This document shows, one piece after another, positions 31,506 through 41,526 of a stretch of DNA of 64,000 bases. Below the pieces are notes generated by a model. It had not been told where the DNA came from. It made no database searches and saw only the letters and a list, made by a program, of their open reading frames with translations. The translations under genes were made by a program, and so were the position numbers. This DNA comes from Campylobacterota bacterium (GTDB lineage: Bacteria; Babelota; Babeliae; Babelales; RVW-14), in contig JACKCO010000004.1 of assembly GCA_020633995.1 (NCBI GenBank), positions 90,928 to 154,927 on the forward strand, given 5' to 3'. The first letter of the stretch is position 1. Every line of letters begins with the position of its first letter.

Positions 31506-31852
31506 GTATTTATAGTATTATTAAAAAGCCTGTGATAACAAGTAAGGCTGTTGAATTGTTTAGAAAATATGGCAGAGTAACCTTCGAGGTTCACAGGGAA
31601 GCAAACAAGCCAATGATCCGTGCTGCTGTTGAAAAGATTTGGAATGTTAAGGTTGAACAGATAAATGTTTCAAATAAGACGGGTAAAACAAAGAGTTTTG
31701 CACGTAGGACATATAAAAAGCCTGATCAAAAGCGAGCAATCATAACTTTGAAAGAAGGTTATAAAATTGAGATTCCAGGGTTAGTTGATACTGTAAAAGC
31801 TGCAGAAGAAACTCAGGCTCAAATGAAAAAAACAGACCAGGAAAGTGAGTAA
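31496..31852 (+). CDS. rplW: 50S ribosomal protein L23 (with ~20-aa acidic/polar C-terminal extension)
   Basis: Position in the S10 operon. [11 protein letters not shown]...TFEV...KRAIITL pattern. Confidence 0.93.
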   Translation: MELSIYSIIKKPVITSKAVELFRKYGRVTFEVHREANKPMIRAAVEKIWNVKVEQINVSNKTGKTKSFARRTYKKPDQKRAIITLKEGYKIEIPGLVDTVKAAEETQAQMKKTDQESE

Positions 31853-31854
31853 AC

Positions 31855-32670
31855 ATGGCAGTTGTAACGCGTAAGCCACGAAACCAATCTTTAAGAAATC
31901 AGCAATATATTGCTGACAAAGATCTTTCGAAAAAGGAACCCGAAAAACATCTTCTTGCTCCATTGCACAAAAGTGGTGGACGAAATGTCTATGGTAGAAT
32001 AACGTCTCGCCATCGTGGTGGGGGAGCAAAACGGGCATATCGCATTATTGATTTTAAGCGAGCAACGAAGGATGTAGCCGGCGTTGTTTCTGCTTTTGAA
32101 TATGACCCAAACAGAAATGTTCCTATTGCATTGATTAAATATAAGAATGGCGTTAAAAGTTACATGCTGAAGCCTGATTCGTTGCAAGTAGGTGATGAAG
32201 TTATTGTGAGCGATAGAGCTGAAGTTAGAGTTGGGAATAGTCTTCCTTTGCGCAGTATTCCTGTTGGTTTTGTAGTTCACAATGTTGAGTTGAGTCCTGG
32301 CCGTGGTGGCAAGATTGCACGAAGTGCAGGATGTTCATTGCAACTTGTGGCAAAAGAGGGTGATCGGGCTATTCTGAAGATGCCTTCTGGTGAGCAACGT
32401 ACAGTTTTACTTAGTTGCTGGGCTACTGTTGGAAGTCTTGCAAATGCTGATTATCGTAACATGATGATTGGTAAGGCTGGTAGATCAAGAAGGATGGGTA
32501 TTAGACCATCTGTTAGGGGTATGGCAATGAACCCGATAGATCACCCGCACGGTGGTGGTGAGGGGCGTTCCAAGTCTGGAGCTCATCCAGTGACTCCGTG
32601 GGGTAAGAGCTGTAAAGGTGTGAAGACAAGAAGACGCAAGAGTTCAGCGATTTTGAAACGAAGAAAATAA
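31855..32670 (+). CDS. rplB: 50S ribosomal protein L2
   Basis: GRNVYGRITSRHRGGG.KR.YR.IDFKR; HPHGGGEGRS. Confidence 0.97.
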   Translation: MAVVTRKPRNQSLRNQQYIADKDLSKKEPEKHLLAPLHKSGGRNVYGRITSRHRGGGAKRAYRIIDFKRATKDVAGVVSAFEYDPNRNVPIALIKYKNGVKSYMLKPDSLQVGDEVIVSDRAEVRVGNSLPLRSIPVGFVVHNVELSPGRGGKIARSAGCSLQLVAKEGDRAILKMPSGEQRTVLLSCWATVGSLANADYRNMMIGKAGRSRRMGIRPSVRGMAMNPIDHPHGGGEGRSKSGAHPVTPWGKSCKGVKTRRRKSSAILKRRK

Positions 32671-32705
32671 AACAGATATAGTTGAGGACTACTGGAGATT
32701 TAAGA

Positions 32706-32990
32706 ATGGCAAGATCTTTACATAAAGGCCCGTTCGTACACCCCTCGCTTATAGAAAAGCTTGAAAAGGCAAAAGAATCTGGCAAGCGAGATGTAATTAA
32801 AACGTACAAGCGTGGAAGTATGATAACGCCTGATTTTGTAGGCTTTACAGTTGCTGTACATAATGGTAAAAAATTTGTTCCTGTTTTTATTACCGAAAAC
32901 ATGGTGGGTCACTATCTAGGTGAGTTTGCTCCAACAAGAACATTTAGATTGCATAGTGGACAGCGAAAAGCTGAAAAAGGTGGTAAGTAA
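32706..32990 (+). CDS. rpsS: 30S ribosomal protein S19
   Basis: [11 protein letters not shown] start at 32706; [29 protein letters not shown]. Confidence 0.96.
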   Translation: MARSLHKGPFVHPSLIEKLEKAKESGKRDVIKTYKRGSMITPDFVGFTVAVHNGKKFVPVFITENMVGHYLGEFAPTRTFRLHSGQRKAEKGGK

Positions 32991-33054
32991 TAAGGCAAAT
33001 TGAAGAAATGAGCAGAAATGCTCACACTATGTTGAATTAATAGGATAAAGTGTT

Positions 33055-33393
33055 ATGTTATCACGAGCTAAAAGTAAGTATATTCGCGTTTCTCCATACA
33101 AATTGCGCCCTTATGCGGATGTAATTCGTGGGTTTGCGGCCGATAAGGCATTTGCGTGGCTGAGAACATGTACTGTTAAACGGGTTAGGCCGATCATTAA
33201 GACGCTTCATTCTGCGTATTCAAATGCATGTCAGAAAAATCCAGAGATCAATGACATGGCAGAGTTGTATGTTAAAGAAATACGCGTCGACCAGGGGCCG
33301 ATAGTAAAATATTTTAAACCTGGCGCCATGGGACGAGCTTTCATGCAAAGAAAGCGTTTGTGCCACTTGGAAATTGTATTGGATAAGAGATAA
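33055..33393 (+). CDS. rplV: 50S ribosomal protein L22
   Basis: YIRVSPYKLRPYADVIRG; operon position. Confidence 0.95.
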   Translation: MLSRAKSKYIRVSPYKLRPYADVIRGFAADKAFAWLRTCTVKRVRPIIKTLHSAYSNACQKNPEINDMAELYVKEIRVDQGPIVKYFKPGAMGRAFMQRKRLCHLEIVLDKR

Positions 33394-33418
33394 AACTATT
33401 TTTTTGAGGTAATGCGTC

Positions 33419-34051
33419 GTGGGACAAAAGGTTCATCCATTTGGTTTTAGACTTGGAGTTTTTGAAGATTGGCATGCTCGTTGGTTTGCAAAAGGTAAGT
33501 ATTGTGACGAGCTTAAAGAAGATTTTCGAGTGCGAGAATTTCTTTCTAAGAGATTGAATAATACTGACATTGCAAGGATTGTAATAGAGAAAGCTGTCGA
33601 CAATGTCCGGATTGTTATTTTTACCTCTCGTCCTGGTTATGTGATTGGTAAAAAAGGTCAAGGTGTAGAGCAATTAAAGGCAGACCTGTTTAATTTCTTG
33701 AAAAAAAACGTAGATGTTTCTGTGCAAGAAGTTAGAGTACCTGAACTCAGTGCACTACTCGTTGCAAAGTCTATTGCTGAGCAGATTGGAAAGCGTGTTA
33801 GCTACAAGAGGCTCATGAAAAAATCTGGTTATGCAATTTTGAAAAGTGGTGCAAGAGGTGTAAAAATTTGTATTTCTGGTAGACTTGGTGGCGCTGAAAT
33901 TGCTCGTACGGAATGGTTGAGATTAGGTTCAACACCACTTCATACTTTAAGAGCAAACATTGATTATGCATTTACTGAAGCATATACAACGTATGGAATG
34001 ATTGGCGTTAAAGTTTGGATATGCAAGGGTGAGTACTCTGCCAATCGTTGA
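33419..34051 (+). CDS. rpsC: 30S ribosomal protein S3
   Basis: GQKVHPFGFRLG; GRLGGAEIARTEW. Confidence 0.97.
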   Translation: MGQKVHPFGFRLGVFEDWHARWFAKGKYCDELKEDFRVREFLSKRLNNTDIARIVIEKAVDNVRIVIFTSRPGYVIGKKGQGVEQLKADLFNFLKKNVDVSVQEVRVPELSALLVAKSIAEQIGKRVSYKRLMKKSGYAILKSGARGVKICISGRLGGAEIARTEWLRLGSTPLHTLRANIDYAFTEAYTTYGMIGVKVWICKGEYSANR

Positions 34052-34064
34052 AAGGTTATAAATC

Positions 34065-34511
34065 ATGTTGATGCCAAAAAAAATAAAATACCGCAAGGTA
34101 CAAAGAGGTAGACTAAAAGGGCGTGCTAAAGGCGGCAGGGACCTACTTTTTGGTGATTATGGGCTTGTTGCAGTTGACCCTTCGTGGGTAACAGCTCGTC
34201 AGATTGAGTCTATTCGTGTGGCTGTAAATAGGAAACTAAAGAAAATTGGTGAAATTTTTCTGCGAGTTTTTCCTGATAAACCCATCACCAAAAAACCAGC
34301 TGAAACGCGAATGGGTAAAGGTAAGGGTAGCCCAGAGTTTTGGGTAGCGGCTGTTAAGCGTGGCAAGATGATTGTTGAAATTAAGGGTAGTTTTGACAAA
34401 GAAGTGGCTAAGCAAATTCTGAAAGCTGCATCTTATAAGCTACCGATGAAGACTCGTTTTGTTGCCCGTGATGAGCAGGTAGTACAGCAATCTGAAGCGA
34501 CAACGGCTTAG
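34065..34511 (+). CDS. rplP: 50S ribosomal protein L16
   Basis: MLMPKKIKYRKVQRGR; RMGKGKGSPE.W. Confidence 0.97.
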   Translation: MLMPKKIKYRKVQRGRLKGRAKGGRDLLFGDYGLVAVDPSWVTARQIESIRVAVNRKLKKIGEIFLRVFPDKPITKKPAETRMGKGKGSPEFWVAAVKRGKMIVEIKGSFDKEVAKQILKAASYKLPMKTRFVARDEQVVQQSEATTA

Positions 34512-34524
34512 GGGAAGGTTATTT

Positions 34525-34719
34525 ATGTTAACTAAAAAAGAACTGAAGGCGCTTGACAGCGCGTCACTTAAAAATGAAGTTGCCTCGTTAAGACAGGAGC
34601 TTTTTACTCTGAAGTTGAGTAAAAATACTGGTCAGGTAAAGAACTATTCACAATTTAGAGCACTTCGTGTTCAAGTTGCTCGAGCTTTAACACTACTTAA
34701 GCAGAAAGAAGCTCGCTAA
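34525..34719 (+). CDS. rpmC: 50S ribosomal protein L29
   Basis: 64 aa. LR.ELF.LK pattern; operon position. Confidence 0.93.
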   Translation: MLTKKELKALDSASLKNEVASLRQELFTLKLSKNTGQVKNYSQFRALRVQVARALTLLKQKEAR

Positions 34720-34792
34720 TTTTAAAAAAATCCCTGTGGGGGGTGTTTGTTAAAGGTATAATAAAGAAATATAGGTAAGAAAGAACCTGGCG

Positions 34793-35080
34793 ATGGAGAA
34801 TAATATAAAGCACGACGTTGATCAAGCGCAAACGAGCAAAGGCCTTGTACTTGCCGGTGAAGTTGTTTCTGACAAGATGGATAAAACTGTTGTTGTTAGA
34901 GTTTTAAGCACCTTCACTCATCCACTGTACGGTAAGATTGTACGTCGTTATAAAAAGTACAAAGTCCACGATGAGCAAAATCAAGCTCGAGTTGGGGATA
35001 AGGTGGAAATGGTAAAAACAAAACCATTTTCAAAAACGAAGCATATGAAGCTAGTAAAAATTGTTGAAAACGCTGCTTAG
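34793..35080 (+). CDS. rpsQ: 30S ribosomal protein S17
   Basis: G.VVSDKMDKTVVVRV....HPLYGK...R.KKY.VHDE. Confidence 0.95.
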   Translation: MENNIKHDVDQAQTSKGLVLAGEVVSDKMDKTVVVRVLSTFTHPLYGKIVRRYKKYKVHDEQNQARVGDKVEMVKTKPFSKTKHMKLVKIVENAA

Positions 35081-35094
35081 TGGAGACTTAGAAG

Positions 35095-35463
35095 ATGGTA
35101 CAAGAACAGTCGATGTTAGACGTTGCTGATAATTCAGGTGCAAAGAAGGTACAGGTTATTCGAGTAACCGGAAGCACGAGAAAGCGTTTTGCATATTTAG
35201 GCGACATCGTGAAGGTTACAGTAAAAAAAGCTCTCCCTGGTGGAACAGTTAAAAAAAGCGAAGTTCACAATGCGGTGATTGTTCGAACCAAAAAGGAATT
35301 TCGACGTTCTGATGGAAGCTATATTCGTTTTGATAATAACGCTGCTGTGATTATAGATAAAGATAAGCAACCTATGGGTACTCGTATTTTTGGTCCGATT
35401 GCTCGAGAGCTTAAAAGTATTGGTTATTCAAAAATAGCTTCTCTTGCGCCAGAAGTTTTATAG
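35095..35463 (+). CDS. rplN: 50S ribosomal protein L14
   Basis: [16 protein letters not shown]; 122 aa. Confidence 0.97.
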   Translation: MVQEQSMLDVADNSGAKKVQVIRVTGSTRKRFAYLGDIVKVTVKKALPGGTVKKSEVHNAVIVRTKKEFRRSDGSYIRFDNNAAVIIDKDKQPMGTRIFGPIARELKSIGYSKIASLAPEVL

Positions 35464-35479
35464 CATTTAGGTAAGTTTT

Positions 35480-35797
35480 ATGTTGAGTCGAATAAAGAAA
35501 AATGATACGGTTGTTGTTTTATCCGGAAAAGATAAAACAAAGCAGGGAGTTGTTCTTTCTGTGGACCCCAAAAAGTCAACACTGATAGCAAAAGATTTGG
35601 GTGTTGTTACTCGTCACGTTAAGGCAAAAAAAGCTGGCGAAAAGGGTAAGATTGTTCAAGAAGAGCGACCGATTGCTTTGTGTAAAGTAATGCCTGTTTG
35701 TCCTGCATGTAAAAAGCCCTGCCGAATTAAGGTGAAGTTTGTAGAAGAAGGACAAAAAAAGGTTCGATCTTGTCATCGTTGTAGAGAAGAATTTTAA
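35480..35797 (+). CDS. rplX: 50S ribosomal protein L24 (KOW) with Cys-rich C-terminal part
   Basis: IKKNDTVVVLSGKDK.KQG.V KOW motif; operon position. CPAC...CHRC cluster near the C-terminus. Confidence 0.93.
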   Translation: MLSRIKKNDTVVVLSGKDKTKQGVVLSVDPKKSTLIAKDLGVVTRHVKAKKAGEKGKIVQEERPIALCKVMPVCPACKKPCRIKVKFVEEGQKKVRSCHRCREEF

Positions 35798-35810
35798 GGA
35801 TTAGTAAATT

Positions 35811-36359
35811 ATGAAATCACGCTTGGAAGAACTTTATAGAAGCACTATTTGTCCTGCCCTTGTAAAAGACCTTAAGCTGAAGAATGTTATGCAGGCTCCT
35901 GTGATTACAAAAATAGTCGTTAATATCGGCTTGAAGGATGCGGTAACTGACAGTAAGGTTATTGATGCCACAAAAGATATTTTAGAGAAAATAACATGTC
36001 AGGCTGCGGTCAAAACAAGTGCGAGAAAGTCTATTGCCGGGTTTAAGTTGCGTCAAGGTGTTCCAATTGGTCTAAAGGTGACGCTGCGTAAATCGAAAAT
36101 GTACCACTTTCTAGATAAGATTATCAATGTTGTTTTACCTTCGGTACGTGATTTTCAGGGGGTAGGTATTAAATTTGATGGTACTGGAAACTATAATCTT
36201 GGACTGAAAGATTGGATGGTTTTCCCTGAAGTAGATTATGATAAAGTTGATAAAAGTCGTGGTATGAATATTACAATTCACACAACAGCGATGTCTGATG
36301 ATCATGCTCATGTTCTTTTAAGTAAGTTTAATGTTCCTTTTAAGAGAACAGAGAGGTAG
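35811..36359 (+). CDS. rplE: 50S ribosomal protein L5
   Basis: N-terminal LYRS..C.AL...L.LKN.MQ.P...KIVVN.G pattern; MNITI.TTA. Confidence 0.96.
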   Translation: MKSRLEELYRSTICPALVKDLKLKNVMQAPVITKIVVNIGLKDAVTDSKVIDATKDILEKITCQAAVKTSARKSIAGFKLRQGVPIGLKVTLRKSKMYHFLDKIINVVLPSVRDFQGVGIKFDGTGNYNLGLKDWMVFPEVDYDKVDKSRGMNITIHTTAMSDDHAHVLLSKFNVPFKRTER

Positions 36360-36365
36360 AAGGTT

Positions 36366-36551
36366 ATGGCAAAAAAAGCGTTGATTGAGAAATCCAAGAG
36401 AGAGCCCAAGTATAAAGTTCGCGCTAGAAATCGTTGTTCATTGTGTGGTAGGCCGCGTGGTTTCATGCGTCTTTTTGGGTTGTGCAGAATTTGTTTTAGA
36501 AAATACGCGTTAGAAGGCCTATTGCCTGGTGTAAGAAAAGCGAGCTGGTAA
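36366..36551 (+). CDS. rpsN: 30S ribosomal protein S14, type Z (zinc-binding, 61 aa)
   Basis: [22 protein letters not shown] Cys4; ends ...GVRKASW. Confidence 0.96.
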   Translation: MAKKALIEKSKREPKYKVRARNRCSLCGRPRGFMRLFGLCRICFRKYALEGLLPGVRKASW

Positions 36552-36578
36552 GGCTACATAAATTGTGGAGACTTTATA

Positions 36579-36971
36579 ATGTCGGTTGATTCTATTGGTG
36601 ATTTTTTGACAATAATTCGCAACGGTATTAGCGTTGCAAAGCGTTCAGTAGTTATACCTTTTTCTAGTTTGAAGCATGAAATTGCTCGTGTTCTTAAGGA
36701 CGAAGGATACATCACTGATTTTCAGGTAGTTCAAGAAGAGCAAAAAAAGAACTTACTTGTTCGTTTAAAGTATGTTGATGGCGAGTCGGTTATACATGAA
36801 ATTAAAAGAGTTAGTACTCCCGGCAGACGACGCTATGAATGTGTCGCGGAAATTGAGCAAGTAATTGGTGGTTTGGGTATTTCTATTCTTACCACGAGTA
36901 AAGGTGTAATAACTGACAGACAGGCCAAAAAGTTAAACGTTGGCGGCGAAGTTATTTGTCATATCTGGTAA
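36579..36971 (+). CDS. rpsH: 30S ribosomal protein S8
   Basis: DSIGDFLTIIRNG...; ends GGEVICHIW. Confidence 0.96.
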   Translation: MSVDSIGDFLTIIRNGISVAKRSVVIPFSSLKHEIARVLKDEGYITDFQVVQEEQKKNLLVRLKYVDGESVIHEIKRVSTPGRRRYECVAEIEQVIGGLGISILTTSKGVITDRQAKKLNVGGEVICHIW

Positions 36972-36981
36972 GGAACGTCAT

Positions 36982-37518
36982 ATGTCAAAGATTGGAAAGA
37001 AACCTATAGCTATTTCAACCGCTAAAGTTGAGGTTGATGGGAACAGGCTCAAGATTACTGGTGGAAAAATAACGTTTGACCACGAACTTCCGGAAGGCAT
37101 GAATGCTGTTCTTGAAGATGGTAAATTAAATATTGGAATTGCTAATAATACCCGTGAAAATAGAATGCTTTGGGGGCTTCATAGAATGCTTGTTGCAAAC
37201 AAAGTACAAGGGGTAGAAAAAGGTTTCGAGCAAAAGTTTAATATAGTGGGACTTGGTTATAAGGCACAGGTAAGTGGTAGTCAGATGATTTTTTCCCTCG
37301 GCTATACACATAAAATTAATTTTGACTTACCAGAAGGTGTAACCGCTGAAGTTGACAAGACTGGTCAGAAGCTTGTGTTTCGCTCTCATGATAAATTTTT
37401 GCTTGGTAATGTCTGCAGCAAAGTAAGATCTTTTAGACCGCCTGAGCCATATAAAGGGACAGGTATTATTAAAGAAGGCGAAGTTATTTTACGTAAAGCT
37501 GGAAAGACAAAGGCATAA
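36982..37518 (+). CDS. rplF: 50S ribosomal protein L6
   Basis: MSKIGKKPI start at 36982; PEPYKGTGI. Confidence 0.96.
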   Translation: MSKIGKKPIAISTAKVEVDGNRLKITGGKITFDHELPEGMNAVLEDGKLNIGIANNTRENRMLWGLHRMLVANKVQGVEKGFEQKFNIVGLGYKAQVSGSQMIFSLGYTHKINFDLPEGVTAEVDKTGQKLVFRSHDKFLLGNVCSKVRSFRPPEPYKGTGIIKEGEVILRKAGKTKA

Positions 37519-37555
37519 GTAGGATTTAATAATTAACTTTTTAAGAGGTGCTTTT

Positions 37556-37912
37556 GTGAGCCTGCAAAAAAATATTAAGAAAAGAAAAATTAAAAGAAGT
37601 TTTCGCGTAAGAAATAAGCAAGTAAGTCGTGGTAAAAAGTTGCGTGTTAGTGTCTTTAAAAGTTTGAGTAATATTTATGCTCAAATTATTGATGATAGCC
37701 AGCACAAGACGCTTGCAAGTTTTTCGTCCTTGCAACTAGCTAAAAAAGATGGTGATAAAAAATCACAAGCAAAACAAGTTGGCCTAGAGCTTGGCAAAGT
37801 AGCTGTAGACAAAGATATCAAAGATGTTTTCTTTGATCGTGGTTGTTACTTGTATCATGGAAGAATGCAAGCGCTCGCTGATGGGCTTCGTGAAGCAGGT
37901 CTAAGTTTTTAG
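37556..37912 (+). CDS. rplR: 50S ribosomal protein L18
   Basis: RVSVFKSLSNIYAQIIDD...; FDRG.YLYHGR..ALADG.REAGL.F. Confidence 0.95.
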   Translation: MSLQKNIKKRKIKRSFRVRNKQVSRGKKLRVSVFKSLSNIYAQIIDDSQHKTLASFSSLQLAKKDGDKKSQAKQVGLELGKVAVDKDIKDVFFDRGCYLYHGRMQALADGLREAGLSF

Positions 37913-37967
37913 CATAGTTTTTTAATGCTTTTACTAAAATTATAAGAAAGTTCCTGGGATTATATTT

Positions 37968-38522
37968 ATGGCAGAAGAAAGAAATAAAAAGTCTCAAGTA
38001 GCAGCTACTAAGCAAGCGGCTCAACAAGAAGAGTATGCCGAGTCGGTATTGAACATTCGTCGTGTTGCAAAAGTAATTAAAGGTGGAAGAAGATTTGCCT
38101 TTTCAGCCCTTGTTGTGGTTGGGGATAAAAAGGGAAGAGTTGGCATTGCTCTCGGAAAAGGAAGAGAGGTTTCCTCTGCGATTTCAAAGGCATTACGTCG
38201 AGCAAAGAAAACGATGTTTGTTATTCCTCTTTATAAAACAACTATTCCTTACACAATTCTTGGTAGGCATGGATCAAGCTCTGTTTTGCTAAGATCAGCG
38301 GCGAAGGGTACCGGACTTATTGCTGGTGGTGCCGTACGTTCTGTTATGGAAGCTCTGGGGGTTAGAGATGTACTTGCAAAGTCATTGGGTTCATCAAATC
38401 CTCATAATGTTGCTAAAGCAACAATAGATGCCCTGAGTAAGTTAAAGTCAGCGCAACATTTCATGAAATTACGTGGTAAAAACATAAAAGAAATATTTGA
38501 GGATAAGAATGTTTCAGCTTAA
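37968..38522 (+). CDS. rpsE: 30S ribosomal protein S5
   Basis: V..IRRV.KV.KGGRRF.F.ALVVVGD.KG.VG...GK..EV..AI.KA. Confidence 0.96.
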   Translation: MAEERNKKSQVAATKQAAQQEEYAESVLNIRRVAKVIKGGRRFAFSALVVVGDKKGRVGIALGKGREVSSAISKALRRAKKTMFVIPLYKTTIPYTILGRHGSSSVLLRSAAKGTGLIAGGAVRSVMEALGVRDVLAKSLGSSNPHNVAKATIDALSKLKSAQHFMKLRGKNIKEIFEDKNVSA

Positions 38523-38979
38523 TAAATTGGAAAAAACTACCACAAAAAGAAAACGCGTTGGTCGCGGTGGTGATAAGGGAAGATATTCCGGTAGAGGTAA
38601 AGAGGGACAGCGTGCTCGTGCTGGTGGTAAGTCGGAGTTGAGGCCATTCTTTGAAGGTGGTCAGATGCCGTTGATTAGGCGTTTGCCATGCCGTGGTTTT
38701 GTTAATCAATTTAAGACAGAGTATGAAGTAATTGGTTTACGTGATCTCGAGCGTAAGTTTGATGCAGGCGAATGCGTTAATCGTCAGACATTGAAAGAAA
38801 AGGGGTTGATTAAACGTAAAAAAGTTCTTCCAGTTAAAGTGCTTTCAACTGGCACATTGAGTAAGCAATTAACCGTTCAAGTAGACGCAATTAGCGAATC
38901 AGCGAAAGCTGCTATTGAACAAGTTGGCGGCAAGGTAGAATTGATCAAGGAGATGAGCAGTGGTGGTGCTTCTGCATAA
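38509..38979 (+). CDS. rplO: 50S ribosomal protein L15
   Basis: MFQLNKL...KRVGRGG..G..SGRG..GQ.AR.G. ATG at 38509 overlaps the rpsE stop. Confidence 0.94.
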   Translation: MFQLNKLEKTTTKRKRVGRGGDKGRYSGRGKEGQRARAGGKSELRPFFEGGQMPLIRRLPCRGFVNQFKTEYEVIGLRDLERKFDAGECVNRQTLKEKGLIKRKKVLPVKVLSTGTLSKQLTVQVDAISESAKAAIEQVGGKVELIKEMSSGGASA

Positions 38980-40282
38980 TTTAAAAAACATTTTTTTTGT
39001 AGCAGAACTCCGTAAGAAATTAGCATTTACATTTGCTATTTTTGGGGTTTTTCGCTTTGGTGCACATGTACCAATTCCAGGGATTGATGTAGTTGCTTTA
39101 AATAATTTATTTAGTAGCGGCTTTAAAAGTGGTTTCTTAACCTATATGGATATGTTTTCAGGTGGTGCTTTGAGTAAGTTTGCCATCTTTGCATTGGGTA
39201 TAGGTCCATACATCACAGCTTCTATTATGATGCAGATTTTGACGATAGCGGTCCCTTCTCTTGAGATGTTATCTAAGGAGGGGGAATATGGTCGTCGCAT
39301 TATTAATCAGTATACTCGCTATTTAACAGTTTTGGTGAGTTTTTTACAGGCATTTAGTGCTGTTTTTCTTATAGAAAGAAATCCTGGAATTGTTGTTAGC
39401 CCTGGCTGGGCATTTAGATTGACTGCAGTGCTTATTTTGACTGTGGGGTCTTTATTTGTTATGTGGCTTGGCGAACAGGTGAATACACATGGACTGGGTA
39501 ATGGCAGTTCGATGATTATTTTTGCAGGTATTGTAGCGTCTTTGCCTGGTGCAATTCTCAAGATTATTGAGAATGTTCGGTTAGGACAGACGGATTTGCT
39601 GCTTGTCGGATTATTAATTTTAATTTCCCTAGCGGTGGTTTCGTGCATTATCTTTTTAGAAAAAGGTGAGCGTCGAGTTCCAATTCAATATGCTCGTAGA
39701 ATTGTGGGCCAAAAGGTCTACGGCGGTCAGAGTTCGTATATTCCCCTCAAGCTTAATCCTACAGGAGTGGTGCCAGTTATTTTTGCAGGTGCCATGCTTT
39801 CAATGCCCGCAACAGTGGTGAGTTTGTTTGCTATGAAATGGCCGTATCTGAACCGCATTGTTAATGAGTGGTTTTTGGGTGATCGGCTGATTTATAATAC
39901 GCTTCTTGCTGGATTAATTATGTTTTTTGTTTACTTTTATGCTTCGATTATTTTTAATCCGGTCGAACTTGCAGATAACTTGAGAAAGTCAGGAGGGTTT
40001 GTTTTAGGGATTAGACCAGGAAAGCGAACAGCTGAGTATTTTGATTTTCTGTTAACTCGTATTATTTTTGCGGGTGGTCTGTATATTGGATTTTTGGCTG
40101 TAGCGCCGAGTATATTGAAAAGTATTTTTGCATTTCCAGTTATGTTTAGCGGTGTTAGCCTGTTGATTGTAATTGGTGTAGCGCTTGATACATCTGCTCA
40201 GATAGAAACTCACCTAATAGAACGTAAATATGAAGGCTTTTTAGGGGCAGGTCGTCGTCTTAAAGGTCGATACGTAAGGTAA
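38960..40282 (+). CDS. secY: protein translocase subunit SecY
   Basis: 440 aa, 10 TM layout. ELRKKLAFTF...VPIPGID, FALGI.PYITASI..Q. Confidence 0.96.
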   Translation: MVVLLHNLKNIFFVAELRKKLAFTFAIFGVFRFGAHVPIPGIDVVALNNLFSSGFKSGFLTYMDMFSGGALSKFAIFALGIGPYITASIMMQILTIAVPSLEMLSKEGEYGRRIINQYTRYLTVLVSFLQAFSAVFLIERNPGIVVSPGWAFRLTAVLILTVGSLFVMWLGEQVNTHGLGNGSSMIIFAGIVASLPGAILKIIENVRLGQTDLLLVGLLILISLAVVSCIIFLEKGERRVPIQYARRIVGQKVYGGQSSYIPLKLNPTGVVPVIFAGAMLSMPATVVSLFAMKWPYLNRIVNEWFLGDRLIYNTLLAGLIMFFVYFYASIIFNPVELADNLRKSGGFVLGIRPGKRTAEYFDFLLTRIIFAGGLYIGFLAVAPSILKSIFAFPVMFSGVSLLIVIGVALDTSAQIETHLIERKYEGFLGAGRRLKGRYVR

Positions 40283-40292
40283 TAATAGATAC

Positions 40293-41048
40293 ATGAGCGG
40301 AATAATCATAAAGAATAAACATACTATAGAAAAGATGCGCATTGGAGGGAAACTTCTTGCTCAGATCATGCATGAAATGCATGGCGAAGTTGTGGAGGGG
40401 GTGAGTACATTTCACTTGGATGCGCTTATTGAATCGAAGATGAGACAGGTTGGTTTAAAACCTGTTTGTAAGGGATATGCTGGATATAAATTTGCAACTT
40501 GTATTTCTTTGAATGATGTTGTTGTTCATGGTGTTCCCTCAAAAGAAATTATTTTAAAATCTGGTGATTTTGTTAAAATAGATGTGGTGGGTTCATATAA
40601 AAATTATTGTGTTGATATGGCACGATACTTTTTTGTGGGTGAAGTTGCTCAAATCACTGAAAAATTGGCACGCAGTGCCCAGAAGGCTTTAGATTTGGCA
40701 ATTTCCAAAGCTACCGTTGGGAATCGTCTCTCCGATATTTCTTCATGTGTACAGGAAACTGTTGAAAAAGACGGTTTTGGTGTCGTAAGAGATTTTGCAG
40801 GACATGGCATAGGCAAAAGTATTCATGAAGCTCCAGATGTTCCAAACTATGGATCCCCTGGGCAGGGGCCGGTTTTGCGTGAGGGCATGGTGCTTGCCAT
40901 AGAGCCTATGATTACACAACATAGTTATGAAGTTAAAGTTATGCCTGATGGATGGACAGCAAAGACTGTAGATGGTGGTCTTGCTGCCCATGTGGAAGAT
41001 ACTGTTGTCATTACAGAGCAGGGTCCTGAAGTATTAACAAGGCTGTAG
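40293..41048 (+). CDS. map: methionine aminopeptidase, type I
   Basis: VVHG.P, D.....Y..D..R.F.VG, GHGIG...HE.P.V.NY, IEPM, H.E.T motifs. Confidence 0.95.
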   Translation: MSGIIIKNKHTIEKMRIGGKLLAQIMHEMHGEVVEGVSTFHLDALIESKMRQVGLKPVCKGYAGYKFATCISLNDVVVHGVPSKEIILKSGDFVKIDVVGSYKNYCVDMARYFFVGEVAQITEKLARSAQKALDLAISKATVGNRLSDISSCVQETVEKDGFGVVRDFAGHGIGKSIHEAPDVPNYGSPGQGPVLREGMVLAIEPMITQHSYEVKVMPDGWTAKTVDGGLAAHVEDTVVITEQGPEVLTRL

Positions 41049-41066
41049 TTTGGAAAGAGACATTGA

Positions 41067-41300
41067 GTGAGTATGAAAAAGAAAGAAGAATCTATATTGA
41101 TGGACGGCATAGTTGAAAAGGCTTTGCCAAATGCGATGTTTCAGGTGAAAATGCTTGACAGTGATCATGCTGTACTTGCGCATGTTTCTGGTAAAATGCG
41201 TATGCACTACATAAAGCTTTTGCCTGGGGATAAAGTGGCTGTTGAGCTATCTCCATATGATTTGACCAAGGGTAGGATTGTTTCTCGCTATAGACATTAA
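41067..41300 (+). CDS. infA: translation initiation factor IF-1
   Basis: G.V.....NAMF.V.......VLAH.SGKMR...I...[20 protein letters not shown]1-like fold pattern. The start could be the ATG at 41073. Confidence 0.94.
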   Translation: MSMKKKEESILMDGIVEKALPNAMFQVKMLDSDHAVLAHVSGKMRMHYIKLLPGDKVAVELSPYDLTKGRIVSRYRH

Positions 41301-41348
41301 GTGAGTGCAAAAAAGTAAAATTTAAGAATATTGGATAGGTTTTAAGAC

Positions 41349-41465
41349 ATGAAAGTACAAACATCAGTAAAAAGAATATGCAAAGATTGTAAAATTATTA
41401 AGCGTTCTGGTGTAGTTCGTGTTCTTTGTAAGAAGAACCCAAGACATAAGCAGCGTCAGGGATAA
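41349..41465 (+). CDS. rpmJ: 50S ribosomal protein L36 (38 aa, below the ORF-track length cutoff)
   Basis: Hand translation: [38 protein letters not shown]. Canonical L36 in the canonical infA-rpmJ-rpsM position. Confidence 0.93.
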   Translation: MKVQTSVKRICKDCKIIKRSGVVRVLCKKNPRHKQRQG

Positions 41466-41526
41466 AGTATTTAAGAATTTATAAAATCCTAGCTTTGGAT
41501 TTTTGATTTGTTTTAATGAGGTACGA

